Notes: a model not told the origin generated them from the sequence alone. DNA of 64,000 nucleotides from a virus (IMGVR_UViG_3300028887_000096:19562-83561); one strand, 5' to 3'. Shown: positions 16,982 to 27,735, numbered from the stretch's first letter. Numbers and translations: made by a program.

Positions 16982-17659
16982 CTATGCCTTACTGACTTCC
17001 GTCGCGATTTCGGCCTGCAGCGCGTCGGTCATCGACTTCTGGAGCATGTCCTTGTCGAGAGCTTTCAGGTCTTGCTTGTCCGAGCGGCGGAGACCCTTCT
17101 CGAAGAAGCGTTTGTAGATTGGCGTCCCTTCCGCCATGAGCTTTACTGCGCGGCAATCCTTGCACTTCCCGTTGATGATGCGCTCGTAGAACTTTTCCGC
17201 GCTCCCGTGGGCACCGAACGACCAGAGACTGCTGATAATCTTCATCACGCCGATGGCGATTGCCTTCTGGCGGTTCGGCTTGTCGTCCGGGTGGCGGGAG
17301 ACCGTGGTCGCGGCGAAACGGTTTGCATTCGGGTTGTTGTCGGGTGCGGGCATCTCGGGCATCTTGCCTTCGAGGGTCACCGTGGTCATGAGGGCCTTCG
17401 GGGAGAGCGGATTGTCCTCGTCCGTGCGCCGCACATGTTCGTTCCAGCGGATGAACAGGTTGTCGTCCACCGTGATGACTCCCATGTAGGGGGTCTTCGG
17501 GTCGTAGAGGACTTCGTCGAAGCTGCGGTGGACCGCGGCCATGTTGAGGAAGCCGTGGTCGGCGAGCCAGGCGAGGGTGTCGGCGCCGGACACCTTGCCG
17601 TCCATGTGTTCGGAAAGCCGCTTCAGGACGGCGGAGCGGGAGTTGATACTGGATTTCAT
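16982..17659 (-). CDS. Hypothetical protein
   Basis: Protein-like composition. The overlapping ORF 16989..17699 (Arg-rich) is rejected. Confidence 0.6.
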   Translation of the reverse strand: MKSSINSRSAVLKRLSEHMDGKVSGADTLAWLADHGFLNMAAVHRSFDEVLYDPKTPYMGVITVDDNLFIRWNEHVRRTDEDNPLSPKALMTTVTLEGKMPEMPAPDNNPNANRFAATTVSRHPDDKPNRQKAIAIGVMKIISSLWSFGAHGSAEKFYERIINGKCKDCRAVKLMAEGTPIYKRFFEKGLRRSDKQDLKALDKDMLQKSMTDALQAEIATEVSKA

Positions 17660-17668
17660 CGTGTCTCC

Positions 17669-18055
17669 TTATTTGACAAATTTTGCTGTGTTGATCCAAT
17701 CCGCGAGCATCGTGGCGACCGCGTTGATTGGTTCCATCACCTTGTTGTGGATGTTCGTGGCGATTTCGATTACCTCGTCAACGTATGCCGGGCTCGGTTC
17801 CTTGGTGGCCTTGCCGATTTCGATGCGTTCAGGCAGCTTGCACCGGTCATGGATCCACGGGAACCGCAGGATCGCTTGACAATCCTTGTAGCCCTTCCCG
17901 GATTTGAGACGGTGGAACCTGATTTCGATAATTCCGTGGGGGAGGGAAATCTCAAACTCGTGCCAATCGTAGTAGTTGGCGGAGCAGTGTGCCTGCTTTG
18001 ATTTGAGGTAGTCGATGGTTTCTTCAAATTTTTGGTCGCGTTCTGTGTTATTCAT
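17669..18055 (-). CDS. Hypothetical protein
   Basis: Promoter motif immediately upstream (TTTGCTATATTTATGGC-ATG). Confidence 0.6.
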   Translation of the reverse strand: MNNTERDQKFEETIDYLKSKQAHCSANYYDWHEFEISLPHGIIEIRFHRLKSGKGYKDCQAILRFPWIHDRCKLPERIEIGKATKEPSPAYVDEVIEIATNIHNKVMEPINAVATMLADWINTAKFVK

Positions 18056-18060
18056 GCCAT

Positions 18061-18086
18061 AAATATAGCAAAAATTGCTATATTTT
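18061..18086. promoter_or_regulatory. Back-to-back divergent promoter motifs forming a perfect palindrome AAATATAGCAA-AAA-TTGCTATATTT
   Basis: Serves the minus gene starting at 18055 and the plus gene at 18165. Confidence 0.6.
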
Positions 18087-18164
18087 GTATCAGGGCCGTC
18101 GGATGGGTAACCCCGGAAACGCCGGAATTATCCCATACCAAACAATCCGACGGACCAATCCATT

Positions 18165-18548
18165 ATGACATACGAGATATATTCCTCCTTTATTGTTCTT
18201 TCGGGGCTGTGCATGCTGTTTGGTGTGCTCACCCTGATGTGCAACAACCCGCGGCCGTTATGGATGACACTTGTCGGCACCAGTGTCGCCGTGTTCCTTG
18301 TCGTGAACATCGTCGCTCCTCCCAAGCCGGTGATGTTCCAGAACAGCGTGGAATACTATGAACAGAACCGTCCGTCCTGTCTTCTCCGCGACGGTGTCCC
18401 CGTTTCGTTGGACAGCCTGGAGTCCCGCTGCATAGTCGATTATATCGACTACCGTGTCGATTCCACCCATGCCGCGCAGCGTCTATGGGAATGGAAGATG
18501 CGTTCGTTCCACAAGGCCGTCCCGCAACTTTCACCGAGGAAAAACTGA
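18165..18548 (+). CDS. Hypothetical membrane protein (2 TM segments)
   Basis: Hydrophobic segments. Promoter motif at 18074-18086. Confidence 0.55.
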   Translation: MTYEIYSSFIVLSGLCMLFGVLTLMCNNPRPLWMTLVGTSVAVFLVVNIVAPPKPVMFQNSVEYYEQNRPSCLLRDGVPVSLDSLESRCIVDYIDYRVDSTHAAQRLWEWKMRSFHKAVPQLSPRKN

Positions 18549-18550
18549 CC

Positions 18551-18907
18551 ATGCGAGTAATGACCAAAGCAGAAATTCTCGCGCTCGACACGCCCGTGCT
18601 TATACGCGAGTGGTCGCCGTGCGCCTATAACGACGCAGGATGGATGCTCACCTGCGGCAAGGATGTTTCCGGGCATACGTTCGGCGCCCTTGACCTCGAT
18701 CCGAATCCGATGGGGCAGAAGGAAGAAATCAAGGAGACGTGGGACTGGGACGGGCCGCTGGACCTCGAAGACGACAAGACCTATGTCGTCGCCGAACAGC
18801 GGGAAATCGCCATAATGATTGCCAGGCTCCGCCTTGCCGTGAAGAACTGCGATTTTACGGCAATCGCCAAGGCCGGCAAGGAGATGGAAACCTATGAAGC
18901 AGGATAA
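18551..18907 (+). CDS. Hypothetical protein
   Basis: Start reassigned to MRVMTKAEIL after the upstream stop. Confidence 0.5.
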   Translation: MRVMTKAEILALDTPVLIREWSPCAYNDAGWMLTCGKDVSGHTFGALDLDPNPMGQKEEIKETWDWDGPLDLEDDKTYVVAEQREIAIMIARLRLAVKNCDFTAIAKAGKEMETYEAG

Positions 18908-19199
18908 CGAGCTGTTTTCGCCGGGAGCCGTGAAGGCGGTCACCCCTGGCCTGTGGGCCGGCATTAAGGAAGGCGGTGTCCCGAAATTCCCGGACAGCGT
19001 CACCTGGGTCGATGACGGGACCGTGGTCACGTTCTACGACCGCGAGACGATGAAGGAAATTTTCCATGCGAGCCGGGACGGCCTTGCCTACATGGGCCTT
19101 ACGCTCGACGACGTTGCGACGGGAACGGTCCTGTGCGTGCTCGCCCGCGTGACGAACCGCTGGCGAGGCGACGACATTCTTCATCCGCAGCCGTGGTAA
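18894..19199 (+). CDS. Hypothetical protein
   Basis: ATGA overlap. Protein-like composition. Confidence 0.5.
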   Translation: MKQDNELFSPGAVKAVTPGLWAGIKEGGVPKFPDSVTWVDDGTVVTFYDRETMKEIFHASRDGLAYMGLTLDDVATGTVLCVLARVTNRWRGDDILHPQPW

Positions 19200-19241
19200 T
19201 TGTATTATTTTGTTTGATTCTGGTCGAATATTTTATATATT

Positions 19242-19496
19242 ATGAACACGGAGGTTCTTATGGCCAACAATGACTGGAAACTGTGCAAGGATGAGCTACC
19301 GGCGACGCATGATCGGGCCGTTGCAATCTATCCCCCGTTCAAAGGCAAGGAATTTGCCTGCTGGAACGAACACGAGGATTGCTGGGACACCGAGGACGGC
19401 GACGATTATCTTTGCACCAAGGACAAGGTCATTGCCTGGTTCGATATACCTCCGGTTCCAGAAGAAATCAAACAGCTTTTAAGGAGTTCTACATGA
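19242..19496 (+). CDS. Hypothetical acidic protein
   Basis: TTTTATATATT directly precedes the ATG. Confidence 0.5.
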   Translation: MNTEVLMANNDWKLCKDELPATHDRAVAIYPPFKGKEFACWNEHEDCWDTEDGDDYLCTKDKVIAWFDIPPVPEEIKQLLRSST

Positions 19497-19795
19497 ACAA
19501 GCAGGACATCATCAACAAGGTTTTCGCTGACAAGCAGCTCGGCCTCTCTTCCCGTGCAAGCGCCACCCGCACGGTTGACGCAGTTCTCGGCGCAATCCAG
19601 AACGGCTTGAAGGAAGACGGCGTTGTGCAGATGTACGGTTTCGGCACCTTCCGCGTTCGCACTCGCGCAGCACGCACCGGACGCAACCCGCAGAACGGCC
19701 AGAAGATTAAGATCAAGGCTTCCAAGCGCGTCGGCTTCCGCGCCGGCGTGGACATGATGTCCAAGGCCGACCGTTTCAAGGCCAAGGTTCGCTAA
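19493..19795 (+). CDS. hup: HU/IHF-family DNA-binding protein
   Basis: GFGTFRVRTRAARTGRNPQNGQKIKI signature. The ORF-track N-terminal extension is rejected. A terminator follows. Confidence 0.8.
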   Translation: MNKQDIINKVFADKQLGLSSRASATRTVDAVLGAIQNGLKEDGVVQMYGFGTFRVRTRAARTGRNPQNGQKIKIKASKRVGFRAGVDMMSKADRFKAKVR

Positions 19796-19820
19796 CCTGC
19801 CGCCCGACGGAAATATGAAG

Positions 19821-19849
19821 GCTCCCGGACACCCGGGAGCCTTTTCTGC
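19821..19849 (+). terminator. Rho-independent terminator
   Basis: GGCTCCCGG-ACAC-CCGGGAGCC followed by TTTTCTG. Confidence 0.7.
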
Positions 19850-19954
19850 ATCCGGTGTATGGGGGCCCGGACGCTTCCGGCTGTAGTTTATAGATTTCGT
19901 GGCGGGCGCCATGGCCGGACTGCCGCGGGCGGTATGCCGCGCTAAACTATCTGT

Positions 19955-20497
19955 ATGGATATGCCTAGCTTCGATTCTTCAAAGATAGTCCGGCTGACCG
20001 GCTCGATTGACGAGGAAGCCTCCGAGAACTTTCTCGCGGGTCTCCGGGAAATGTCCCTCACCGGCGTCGATGGCGGCATCACGGTAGTGATACACAGCGA
20101 CGGCGGTGACACCGAGGACGCGTTCCGAATACTCGACGCGTTCAGGCTGCTGAAAGACAGCGGGTTCAAGATAAGGACCATACTGACGGGCAAGGCCTAT
20201 TCGATGGCGTCCTACATATTCTGCATGGGCGACTACCGCACAATCTACCCGAACGGGCGCCTGATGTTCCACATGAGCCGCTACCCGGAGTTGCAGGATA
20301 ACGACGTCACCTGCGCGAGGCTGATGGAGTTGTACAAGGACTTGAAGTTCTATGACGACAGGTTCGTCCAGATAATGAAGTCCGTCGGCATCCCGAGGCG
20401 CCTGATTTCCCGGGCGAAGTCCGAGGACGTGTATCTGAGCGCCGAGGAGGCGGTAAAGCTCGGCGTGGCCCATGCCATAGAGCACGAAATACTTTGA
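19955..20497 (+). CDS. ClpP-family serine protease
   Basis: GGDTEDAFRILDA, active-site-like GKAYSMASYIFCMG and MFHMSRYP (compare ClpP MIHQP). Confidence 0.65.
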   Translation: MDMPSFDSSKIVRLTGSIDEEASENFLAGLREMSLTGVDGGITVVIHSDGGDTEDAFRILDAFRLLKDSGFKIRTILTGKAYSMASYIFCMGDYRTIYPNGRLMFHMSRYPELQDNDVTCARLMELYKDLKFYDDRFVQIMKSVGIPRRLISRAKSEDVYLSAEEAVKLGVAHAIEHEIL

Positions 20498-20512
20498 TTT
20501 TTGCTATATTTT
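20497..20512 (+). promoter_or_regulatory. Promoter motif TTTTTGCTATATTTT
   Basis: 5 nt before the Dam-like methyltransferase ATG. Confidence 0.55.
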
Positions 20513-20516
20513 GGTC

Positions 20517-21308
20517 ATGGACTTTATAAATTCCCCATTCCCGTATGCAGGCTGCAAGTATGACCTGCTCACCCACCTTGACCGGCTCATTCCGCAGGGC
20601 GAGCGCCTTTTTGACGTGTTCGGCGGTTCCGGTGCGGTCGGCGTGAACCTTTCCTACCGCTTCAACTACGTATGCGTCACGGATATACTCCGCGACCTCG
20701 TGCAGATGCACCGCAGTCTCCAGAACGACGACCCGGACCAGGTCATCGCCAGGTTGAAGGAACTTTCATCCAAGGTCCCGGAAAAGTATGCCGAATTGCG
20801 CAGCGCCTACAACGCGCTCCCGCCGAATGACCCGGACCGCGGCTACCGTCTTTACGGACTTATCCTCTCCTGCACGAACAACCTGATGCGCTTCAACCTC
20901 AAGGGCGGTTTCAACCAGACCTGCGGCAAGCGCCAGCTCACCGACAACAAGGAAAAGGAAATCCGTGCATGGTGCGAACGCCTGCAGTCCGCCAAAGGCA
21001 AGGTGTTCTTCGGCTACGGCTCGTTCGATCCGCCGTATTCCAACACGGAAGCCGGCTACAATTCCACCTGGACTGTCGCGGATGACGACAAGCTCTCCGC
21101 GTTCATGCTATCGCATCCCGGCTACAAGTATGTCCTGTCCAGCTGCAGCAAGGACGGGAAGACTACCCGACTGGTGGAGACCCTCCGCGACAGCGGAATG
21201 TACGACACGACGGAAGTCCCGCACGTTTACAAGGCCGCCAAGAAGAGCAAGACTTCCGAAACGGTAGAACTCATTTTGTGCAGCAAAAACTGCCAAATTT
21301 CGCAGTAA
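20517..21308 (+). CDS. DNA adenine methyltransferase (Dam-like, DPPY)
   Basis: FGGSGAV (SAM motif), FGYGSFDPPY (motif IV). Promoter motif at 20497-20512. ATG at 20517. Confidence 0.7.
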   Translation: MDFINSPFPYAGCKYDLLTHLDRLIPQGERLFDVFGGSGAVGVNLSYRFNYVCVTDILRDLVQMHRSLQNDDPDQVIARLKELSSKVPEKYAELRSAYNALPPNDPDRGYRLYGLILSCTNNLMRFNLKGGFNQTCGKRQLTDNKEKEIRAWCERLQSAKGKVFFGYGSFDPPYSNTEAGYNSTWTVADDDKLSAFMLSHPGYKYVLSSCSKDGKTTRLVETLRDSGMYDTTEVPHVYKAAKKSKTSETVELILCSKNCQISQ

Positions 21309-21321
21309 ATTTGTATATTTT
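21307..21321 (+). promoter_or_regulatory. Promoter motif variant AAATTTGTATATTTT
   Basis: 5 nt before the ATG at 21326. Confidence 0.45.
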
Positions 21322-21325
21322 GACC

Positions 21326-22438
21326 ATGAACGACTATTGCGCACTCGTAGCATACAAGGAACCGTCGGCGGGGGCATACTTCCGCCGTAGAAACCTCATC
21401 GAGGTTGTGAACAACTGGCTCAGGAACTTCCCGGAGGCGGACATCGTCGTCACGGAGCAGATCCGTAGCGGGACCGTCGAACAGGCCGAGTCCCGGTGGG
21501 CCGGCTATGCCGAGAAGTTCGTGGATGCCGGAACCGTCACCCACATTACGGTCGAGTGCGACTATGACCAGTTCCACAAGACCCGTATCCTCAACAAGGC
21601 CATCCAGAAGTTCCCCAACTACAAGTTCTACATCCTCGCGGATGCCGACGCGTTCCTCGACATGGGCGCCTTCGATTATATCCGGGACCACAAGGACGAC
21701 CATAACCTTGTCTTCCCGTATGCGGAAGTGTTCTACCTCGATGAGAGCGATACCCGCAACGTCATCAGCGGCAAGCCGATGCGTCCGGGCGTAAAGAACC
21801 ACGGCGTGGTGATTTCCCGCCAGACGGGCCTGTGCAACGTGTTCTCCGGGGAGCTTTACCGTGCGGTCAAGGGGTTCGACGAGGAGTTCATCAACTGGGG
21901 TGCGGAGGACGATGCCTTCTGCTTCAAGGTGAAGCGCCTCGGGCGCCAGGTGATCCGCAACAACACCGGCAGGGGTGCCGTGATGCACCTGTTCCACCCG
22001 AAGGTGAACACGCCGGAGTATGTCAAGTCCCTGGACTACCGCGAGAACCGCAAGCTGTGCGCCTGCATCCGCAAGATGACCGACGAGGACTGGGAACGCT
22101 ACCTTCGCGGGGAGGAAGACCTCGGCGGACTTGCACAGGGATATAGCGACCGCGGCGCCCTGGTTACCCACATCGAGTGGCCGTGCGTCCCGGGAATGAT
22201 CCTCACAATCGACACCACCATCTACGATGTCCTCGCCGACGGCGAGACCGTGGACAGCCTGACCTTCACGAAGCTCATGGACGTGGTGCTCCAGGAGGAC
22301 GGGCCGGAAGTTGCCGTGCAGTTCCTCGACAACATCCTCATGCCGCTCAACCCGAAGACGCCCGAACAGCTCGCCGAGCTTAACGGTATCAGGGAGCGCC
22401 TCGTTAAACTGGCTAAGGAAGCTAGAGGCAAGGCATGA
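21326..22438 (+). CDS. Glycosyltransferase (GT-A fold, DxD and WGAEDDAF motifs)
   Basis: ILADADAFLD and NWGAEDDAFCFKVKRLG resemble GT2/galactosyltransferase motifs. Start reassigned to MNDYCAL. Confidence 0.5.
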   Translation: MNDYCALVAYKEPSAGAYFRRRNLIEVVNNWLRNFPEADIVVTEQIRSGTVEQAESRWAGYAEKFVDAGTVTHITVECDYDQFHKTRILNKAIQKFPNYKFYILADADAFLDMGAFDYIRDHKDDHNLVFPYAEVFYLDESDTRNVISGKPMRPGVKNHGVVISRQTGLCNVFSGELYRAVKGFDEEFINWGAEDDAFCFKVKRLGRQVIRNNTGRGAVMHLFHPKVNTPEYVKSLDYRENRKLCACIRKMTDEDWERYLRGEEDLGGLAQGYSDRGALVTHIEWPCVPGMILTIDTTIYDVLADGETVDSLTFTKLMDVVLQEDGPEVAVQFLDNILMPLNPKTPEQLAELNGIRERLVKLAKEARGKA

Positions 22439-23184
22439 TCCAGTTCATCCGCCAAGAGATAGGCCAGGAGTGTTCCAAGACGAACATGTTCGCGACATCG
22501 GTCGCGTCCTATCTCCACGATACGAGATATTTCGACATGTCGTCCCGTGCGCCGGTCGTGGTGCAGTGTGCGGACGGCAACATCCAGAAGGTTCCGGGAG
22601 GCTGGTACGGCCCGCGCATCGCCGTGCTGCACGACTGGTTCCCCAACTACAAGCCGGCTGCGCTGCTCGCCAAGCACGTCCTGTGCCTTGGCGGTTTCGA
22701 TCACCCGGATTTTGGCAAGAAGTGCATCGACCTTCCGTCGTTTCCCCTCGACCTTGACCGGTTCGTCCACCTGCCGACGGCGATGGACTACGACGTGGTA
22801 ATCGGGGGAGCCCTGCGGGATAACTCGCTGGACGCCCTTCGGAAGGCTTTCGACGCCAACCGGTTCAAGAAGGTTGCCCTCGTCTGCCATACAGTTTTTA
22901 CCGGCACGGCACGGGTGTTTGCCGACCTTTCGGCGTTCCTCTCCCACGAGGGCGCCGAAGTCGTGTTCAGACGCCAGAACATGCCTGCCCGGGTCCTGGA
23001 GACGCTCTACCTGAGCGCCCCGGCCATCATCCACCTCGGCCACTGTGGCAGGGGGTGGCTCCATTCGCTCGCTGAATACCGCAGGCGCACCGGGGCCATT
23101 GACGTTTTCTGCGAAAAGGAGTTTGGAAATGAAGAATTTGCTTCAGTCAGACAAGTTGCTGAAATTCTTGGAAATGCAACTTAG
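22435..23184 (+). CDS. Hypothetical protein
   Basis: ATGA overlap. Protein-like composition. Confidence 0.55.
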   Translation: MIQFIRQEIGQECSKTNMFATSVASYLHDTRYFDMSSRAPVVVQCADGNIQKVPGGWYGPRIAVLHDWFPNYKPAALLAKHVLCLGGFDHPDFGKKCIDLPSFPLDLDRFVHLPTAMDYDVVIGGALRDNSLDALRKAFDANRFKKVALVCHTVFTGTARVFADLSAFLSHEGAEVVFRRQNMPARVLETLYLSAPAIIHLGHCGRGWLHSLAEYRRRTGAIDVFCEKEFGNEEFASVRQVAEILGNAT

Positions 23185-23386
23185 CGCGTGCACGGCTGCC
23201 GCCAAGAAGGCCGCGATGCACGGAAACATCGTCCGTGCCCTCTACGTGCTTGTGTTCGCCGTGTTCCTGTTCAGCACCGCGCGTGTAATCCGCCAGATTT
23301 GGATCAACGGGGGTACGACGACCCTCGTGAAGGTAAGCAACGGGGAAGCCGGGGAAGTCCGCGCACAGTCCGAAGAAACCAAGTAA
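23171..23386 (+). CDS. Small membrane protein (start uncertain)
   Basis: TM segment ALYVLVFAVFLFS. Alternative start at 23129. Confidence 0.4.
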   Translation, partial: EMQLSACTAAAKKAAMHGNIVRALYVLVFAVFLFSTARVIRQIWINGGTTTLVKVSNGEAGEVRAQSEETK

Positions 23387-23396
23387 GGGGTTGCCG

Positions 23397-24971
23397 ATGA
23401 CCAACCGTAACGACGTGATTTTCGACATGAAGTCGATGCTGAAACGCTTCAACATCGACTCCGACCAGTGGGTGGGAAAGAATTTCAAGGAAAAGCTGGC
23501 CTACCTCAAGAAGCGCATGCGCTCCAATGACAAGATTGAGCTCGCCGAAAGCGGGTCTAAGCTGCTTGACGCGGTGTTCTACACCCTGCGCAACGCGTCC
23601 GAGAGCCGCATCGCCCACAAGTATATCGGCCTCGCACAGACCGCGTTCGACCTGTTCCGCATCAACTTCATCGTCAAGAACGCTTTCGTCGCCGAACAGT
23701 ACGAGTATCGCGGACGCTTCGACGCGATGGCCCGGGTGATTGGCGAGGACAACGACTGCGGCCTTACCGTCGCCGAGGTGAAGACCTCCGGCGACATGTG
23801 TCGCTATCTCCTCAACATGAGCCAGGCCGACCAGGAAAAATACGACATCCGCTTCAAGAAGATCAAGAACCTTCTCCGCGACGACGATGACGAGGACGAG
23901 GGCTACCGGCTCCGTTCCGCCGTCCTGTTCAGCCATGCCGGCCACAACTTCGTCATGCAGCTGGAAAACTACGCCGCGAGCAAGGCCGACCTCGGGAAGG
24001 ACCATGAAGACTACATGGAAAGCAGTTACGCCGATGTCCGCGTCGCCATGCGCAACGAGGACTATGACGAGGAAGTCATTACGGATGCCGTCCATACCCT
24101 GTATACCGCATATCTCGGCAACGTTGACCTTTCCAAGTACATGTTCGAGATGGACAACGTGTTCTTCTCGAAGTTCAAGCGCGAAATCGTCGATTTCGAC
24201 GTGTGCAACCTGGACGTGGCCCGCATGCGCAGGGCAATCTCGAAGACCCTGGAACACAACAAGAGCCGCAGCTTCCTCGTAGAGGGCGAGCCGGGCGTGG
24301 GCAAGACCATGTCCATCGAGAAGGTGCTCGAAGGCGTGCCGCAATACCCGGTGTTCTGGGTCCCGCTCGAAGCCATTCAGCAGGCCTGCATCGACCAGAC
24401 TTTCGAGACGCTCGCCCGCATCGACAAGTCGATTATCGTGTTCGACGACATCGACGGCATCGACATGAGCGAGAAGAACGAGTATGCCACCGACTTCATG
24501 GGTTATCTCGACGAGCTCCGCGAGACATCCAGCGGCCATATCATCATTATCATCGTGAACGAGCCGCAGAAGCTCCACCACATGTTCCGTTCGCGTCCGG
24601 GCCGTATCGACGAGGTGATCGTCGTGACTGCGCCGAAGACCGCGGAAGACGTGTTCGATGTCATCAAGCAGCGCTTCCGCCACGAGAACGTGGCGATGCC
24701 GAAATGGGCGTCGCTCGGCAACAAGCAGTTCAGGAAGGCCTGCGAGGACCTCGCGAAGAAGGGTATTACCCAGGCATACATCACCGGCATCATTTCCGAC
24801 CTGGTGACGTTCTATGACGGGGACCATTCGTTCAAGAACTTCAAGGACTCTGTCCGGTCCGCTATGGAAAGCCGGGACAACAGCATGCTCGTCGCGGGAA
24901 GTGATGGCCGTTTGTGCAGTGCCCAAACGGTCCAACAGACCGCCACCGCAAGTCAGGACGCGGGGGCCTAA
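23397..24971 (+). CDS. AAA+ ATPase
   Basis: Walker A GEPGVGKT, Walker B IIVFDDIDG, SRPGRIDE arginine-finger region. N-terminal domain of about 300 aa is unknown. Confidence 0.75.
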   Translation: MTNRNDVIFDMKSMLKRFNIDSDQWVGKNFKEKLAYLKKRMRSNDKIELAESGSKLLDAVFYTLRNASESRIAHKYIGLAQTAFDLFRINFIVKNAFVAEQYEYRGRFDAMARVIGEDNDCGLTVAEVKTSGDMCRYLLNMSQADQEKYDIRFKKIKNLLRDDDDEDEGYRLRSAVLFSHAGHNFVMQLENYAASKADLGKDHEDYMESSYADVRVAMRNEDYDEEVITDAVHTLYTAYLGNVDLSKYMFEMDNVFFSKFKREIVDFDVCNLDVARMRRAISKTLEHNKSRSFLVEGEPGVGKTMSIEKVLEGVPQYPVFWVPLEAIQQACIDQTFETLARIDKSIIVFDDIDGIDMSEKNEYATDFMGYLDELRETSSGHIIIIIVNEPQKLHHMFRSRPGRIDEVIVVTAPKTAEDVFDVIKQRFRHENVAMPKWASLGNKQFRKACEDLAKKGITQAYITGIISDLVTFYDGDHSFKNFKDSVRSAMESRDNSMLVAGSDGRLCSAQTVQQTATASQDAGA

Positions 24972-25098
24972 AATCCCCGATTTTGTGCACATTTGTGCAC
25001 TAACCTTGGCACCGTTTTTATTATAAACAATGACTACCCGCCGACGGAAACGGTCCTCCCGCACCGCCGGCCCAACTTCAACCTAAAGGATTCCTACA

Positions 25099-27668
25099 TG
25101 GAAGAATTACAGGACACGAAAATGTCGGAGCGCTCGTTCTTGAAGCAGGTCAAGAAGAAGGATGGCCCCCGGCAGAAGTTTGATCCCCTTAAAATCGAAC
25201 GCTGCATCACCCACGCACTCAATGACGCGAAGTGCACGCTCCCCCAGGAAAAAATCGAGGAAATGACCGGTGATGTGGTTGATTTGCTGTATGACTTGAA
25301 GCAGAAGTGCGTGAGCAATGAATCGGTTGCCATCGCTGTAAAGAAAGTTTTACGCGAAGTCAGCATGCCCGCCTATGATGCCTATGTCATCTTCCGCAAC
25401 AACCGCGACCGCGAACGCACCCTCCAGTCCCCCCTTATCAAGACCGTCCGCGAAATCAAGCATGCCGAGTTGCAGAGCTCCAATACCCTCCGCGACAACG
25501 CGAACGAGGCTGGCGGCACCCCGGCCGGCATGTTCGGCAAGATCGCCGGCGAAACCAACAAGATGTATAACCTGCTCGACAATGTGAGCAGGAAGTATGC
25601 GGAAGAACACACCAACGGCTACCTCCACATCCACGACCTCAACATGTATGACCTGACCTTCAACTGCCTCTTTGCCCCGGTAGGCAAGAAGTTGAGGACA
25701 GGCTTCGATTCCGGTACCGGCTTCCAGCGTCCGGCACAGACCATCCAGAGTGCTGCCGCGCTTACCGCCGTGATTCTCCAGTTGCAGTCCAACCAGCAAT
25801 ACGGCGGCATCGCCTGCGACAACTTCGATTTCGAGCTCGCCCCGTTCGTGGACCGTTCCTTCCGCAGGAACCTTGCCATCGAACTGAATGCGATGGCCGA
25901 ATATCGGGAAGAGGATGAGAACCTCGCCGAATATCGCACGCTCCCCGAAGAGTCCGACGACATCGAGAAGACTGTCAAGCGTATCGCGAAGGTGCTCGGC
26001 AAGGCCAATGTGTCCATGAACCAGCCGAGGAAGAAGCTCTATTGCAGTTTCCCGAAGAAGTGCGTCGACCGCGCATGGCTCTACACCGATGCCGATACGC
26101 ATCAGGCGATGGAGGCCCTTGTCCACAACTTGAACTCCTTGCAGTCTCGCTCTGGAAACCAAGTTCCGTTCTCGTCGTTGAACTTTGGCCTTGATACTTC
26201 CAACTGCGGACGAATGGTCAGCAAGAACCTCATGCGTGCCCAGTATGAGGGCATGGGCGACGGCCTGACCGCCATCTTCCCGATCCTCATCTTCAAGCTC
26301 ATGAAGGGTTATACCAAGAACCCGACCGACCCGAACTACGACCTTTACGAACAGGCCGTCGAATGTCTGGCCCGCCGTTTCTACCCGAACTTCGTGTCGG
26401 TGGACAGCACCTTCAACAAGCCCTATGTGAAGTACCGGACCAAGGAAATCGAACTCGCCGATGGGTTGCGCAACATCAAGCTCCGCGGAAAGGATGAGGG
26501 TTTCGCTGAATACCACGGGATCATCGAACGCTCCGAATGCCCGGAATATGAATACGAGGTGGAGCCGGGCGAATACTGGGAAATCGTCGAATACGATGAA
26601 AAGAAGCTCTCCCTTCGCAAGCTGATCGAGAACACCACCATTGCGACGATGGGATGCCGCACCCGTGTCATCGGCAATGTCAACGGCCCGGAACAGACTA
26701 CCGGCCGTGGCAACTTTGCCTTCCATACGATGAACCTCCCGCGCCTTGCCATCGAATCCCATATCGAGAAGGACAGTACCGACGAACGCATCGCACGCTT
26801 CTACGAGAAGCTCGACGCATTGCTCGACGATGCCAAGGAAAGCCTTGTTGAACGCTTTAACCTCGTGTGCCAGAAGACCTACGAGCGCTATCCGTTCACG
26901 ATGCAGGAAGGTTTGTACCTCACTTCCGATGACAAGAAGCATGAACTGTCCGATACCATCGCCGAGGTGATGAAGCAGTCCACGCTCTCCATCGGCTATA
27001 TCGGCATCGCCGAGACGATCAACCTCCTTACCGGCAAGATTTACGGTGTCGATCATGAGGTGGATGGACTTGCGGTGGCCATCGTGAAGCACATCCGTGA
27101 CTTCTGCGACGCTACCCAGAAGAAGACCCACATGAACTGGTCCTGCTTCGCCACCCCGGCAGAAGCGGTCGCGGGCCGGTTCGCCACCATCGACGCCAAC
27201 AAGTTCGCCGACAACAAGAAACTTGCCGATGTGAACCTTGAACGCATCTTCGGAAAGGGCTACTACACCAATTCCCACATGATGGACTTCTCTCTCGATG
27301 TCTCCCTCGACGAGAAGATCAAGGTGGAAGCCCCGTTCCATGCCCTCACCAATGCCGGGCATATATTCTACTACAAGTTGAACGGCGACTTGACGAAGAA
27401 CATCCCGGCAGTGAAGGCTGCCATCGACGCCATGTATGACGGCAACCTTGGGTACTTCACCGTCACGATGGATTCGGACGACTGTCTCAAGTGCGGCTAC
27501 CATGGCATCATCGACAATGTATGCCCGAAGTGCGGCTGCAAGGATGAACGCTATTTCGTCCGTGTCAGGCGAATTACCGGATATTTAACCGGTTCACCGC
27601 GGAAGAGTATTCTGGATGCTTGGTGCGATGGAAAGAAGAAGGAGCTCATCGATCGGCACAATATCTAG
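25099..27668 (+). CDS. nrdD: Anaerobic ribonucleoside-triphosphate reductase NrdD
   Basis: Class III RNR features. C-terminal CPKCGC zinc ribbon and glycyl-radical motif RRITGYLTG. Start reassigned to MEELQDTK, because the ORF-track start is an upstream extension. Confidence 0.8.
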
Positions 27669-27688
27669 CGTATTTTTACTTAAAATAA

Positions 27689-27720
27689 GTGCAGCCGTCG
27701 AACGGCTGCACTTTTTGTTT
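27689..27720 (+). terminator. Rho-independent terminator after nrdD
   Basis: GTGCAGCCG-TCGAA-CGGCTGCAC followed by TTTTTGTTT. Confidence 0.7.
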
Positions 27721-27735
27721 GGTTTCTAAACTGTA

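Noticed and set aside
23304-25064. 586-aa minus-strand ORF opposite the AAA ATPase
   Set aside because: Shadow ORF. The plus-strand frame has Walker A and B motifs.
25350-27503. 717-aa minus-strand ORF opposite nrdD
   Set aside because: Shadow ORF. The nrdD frame carries the glycyl-radical and zinc-ribbon motifs.
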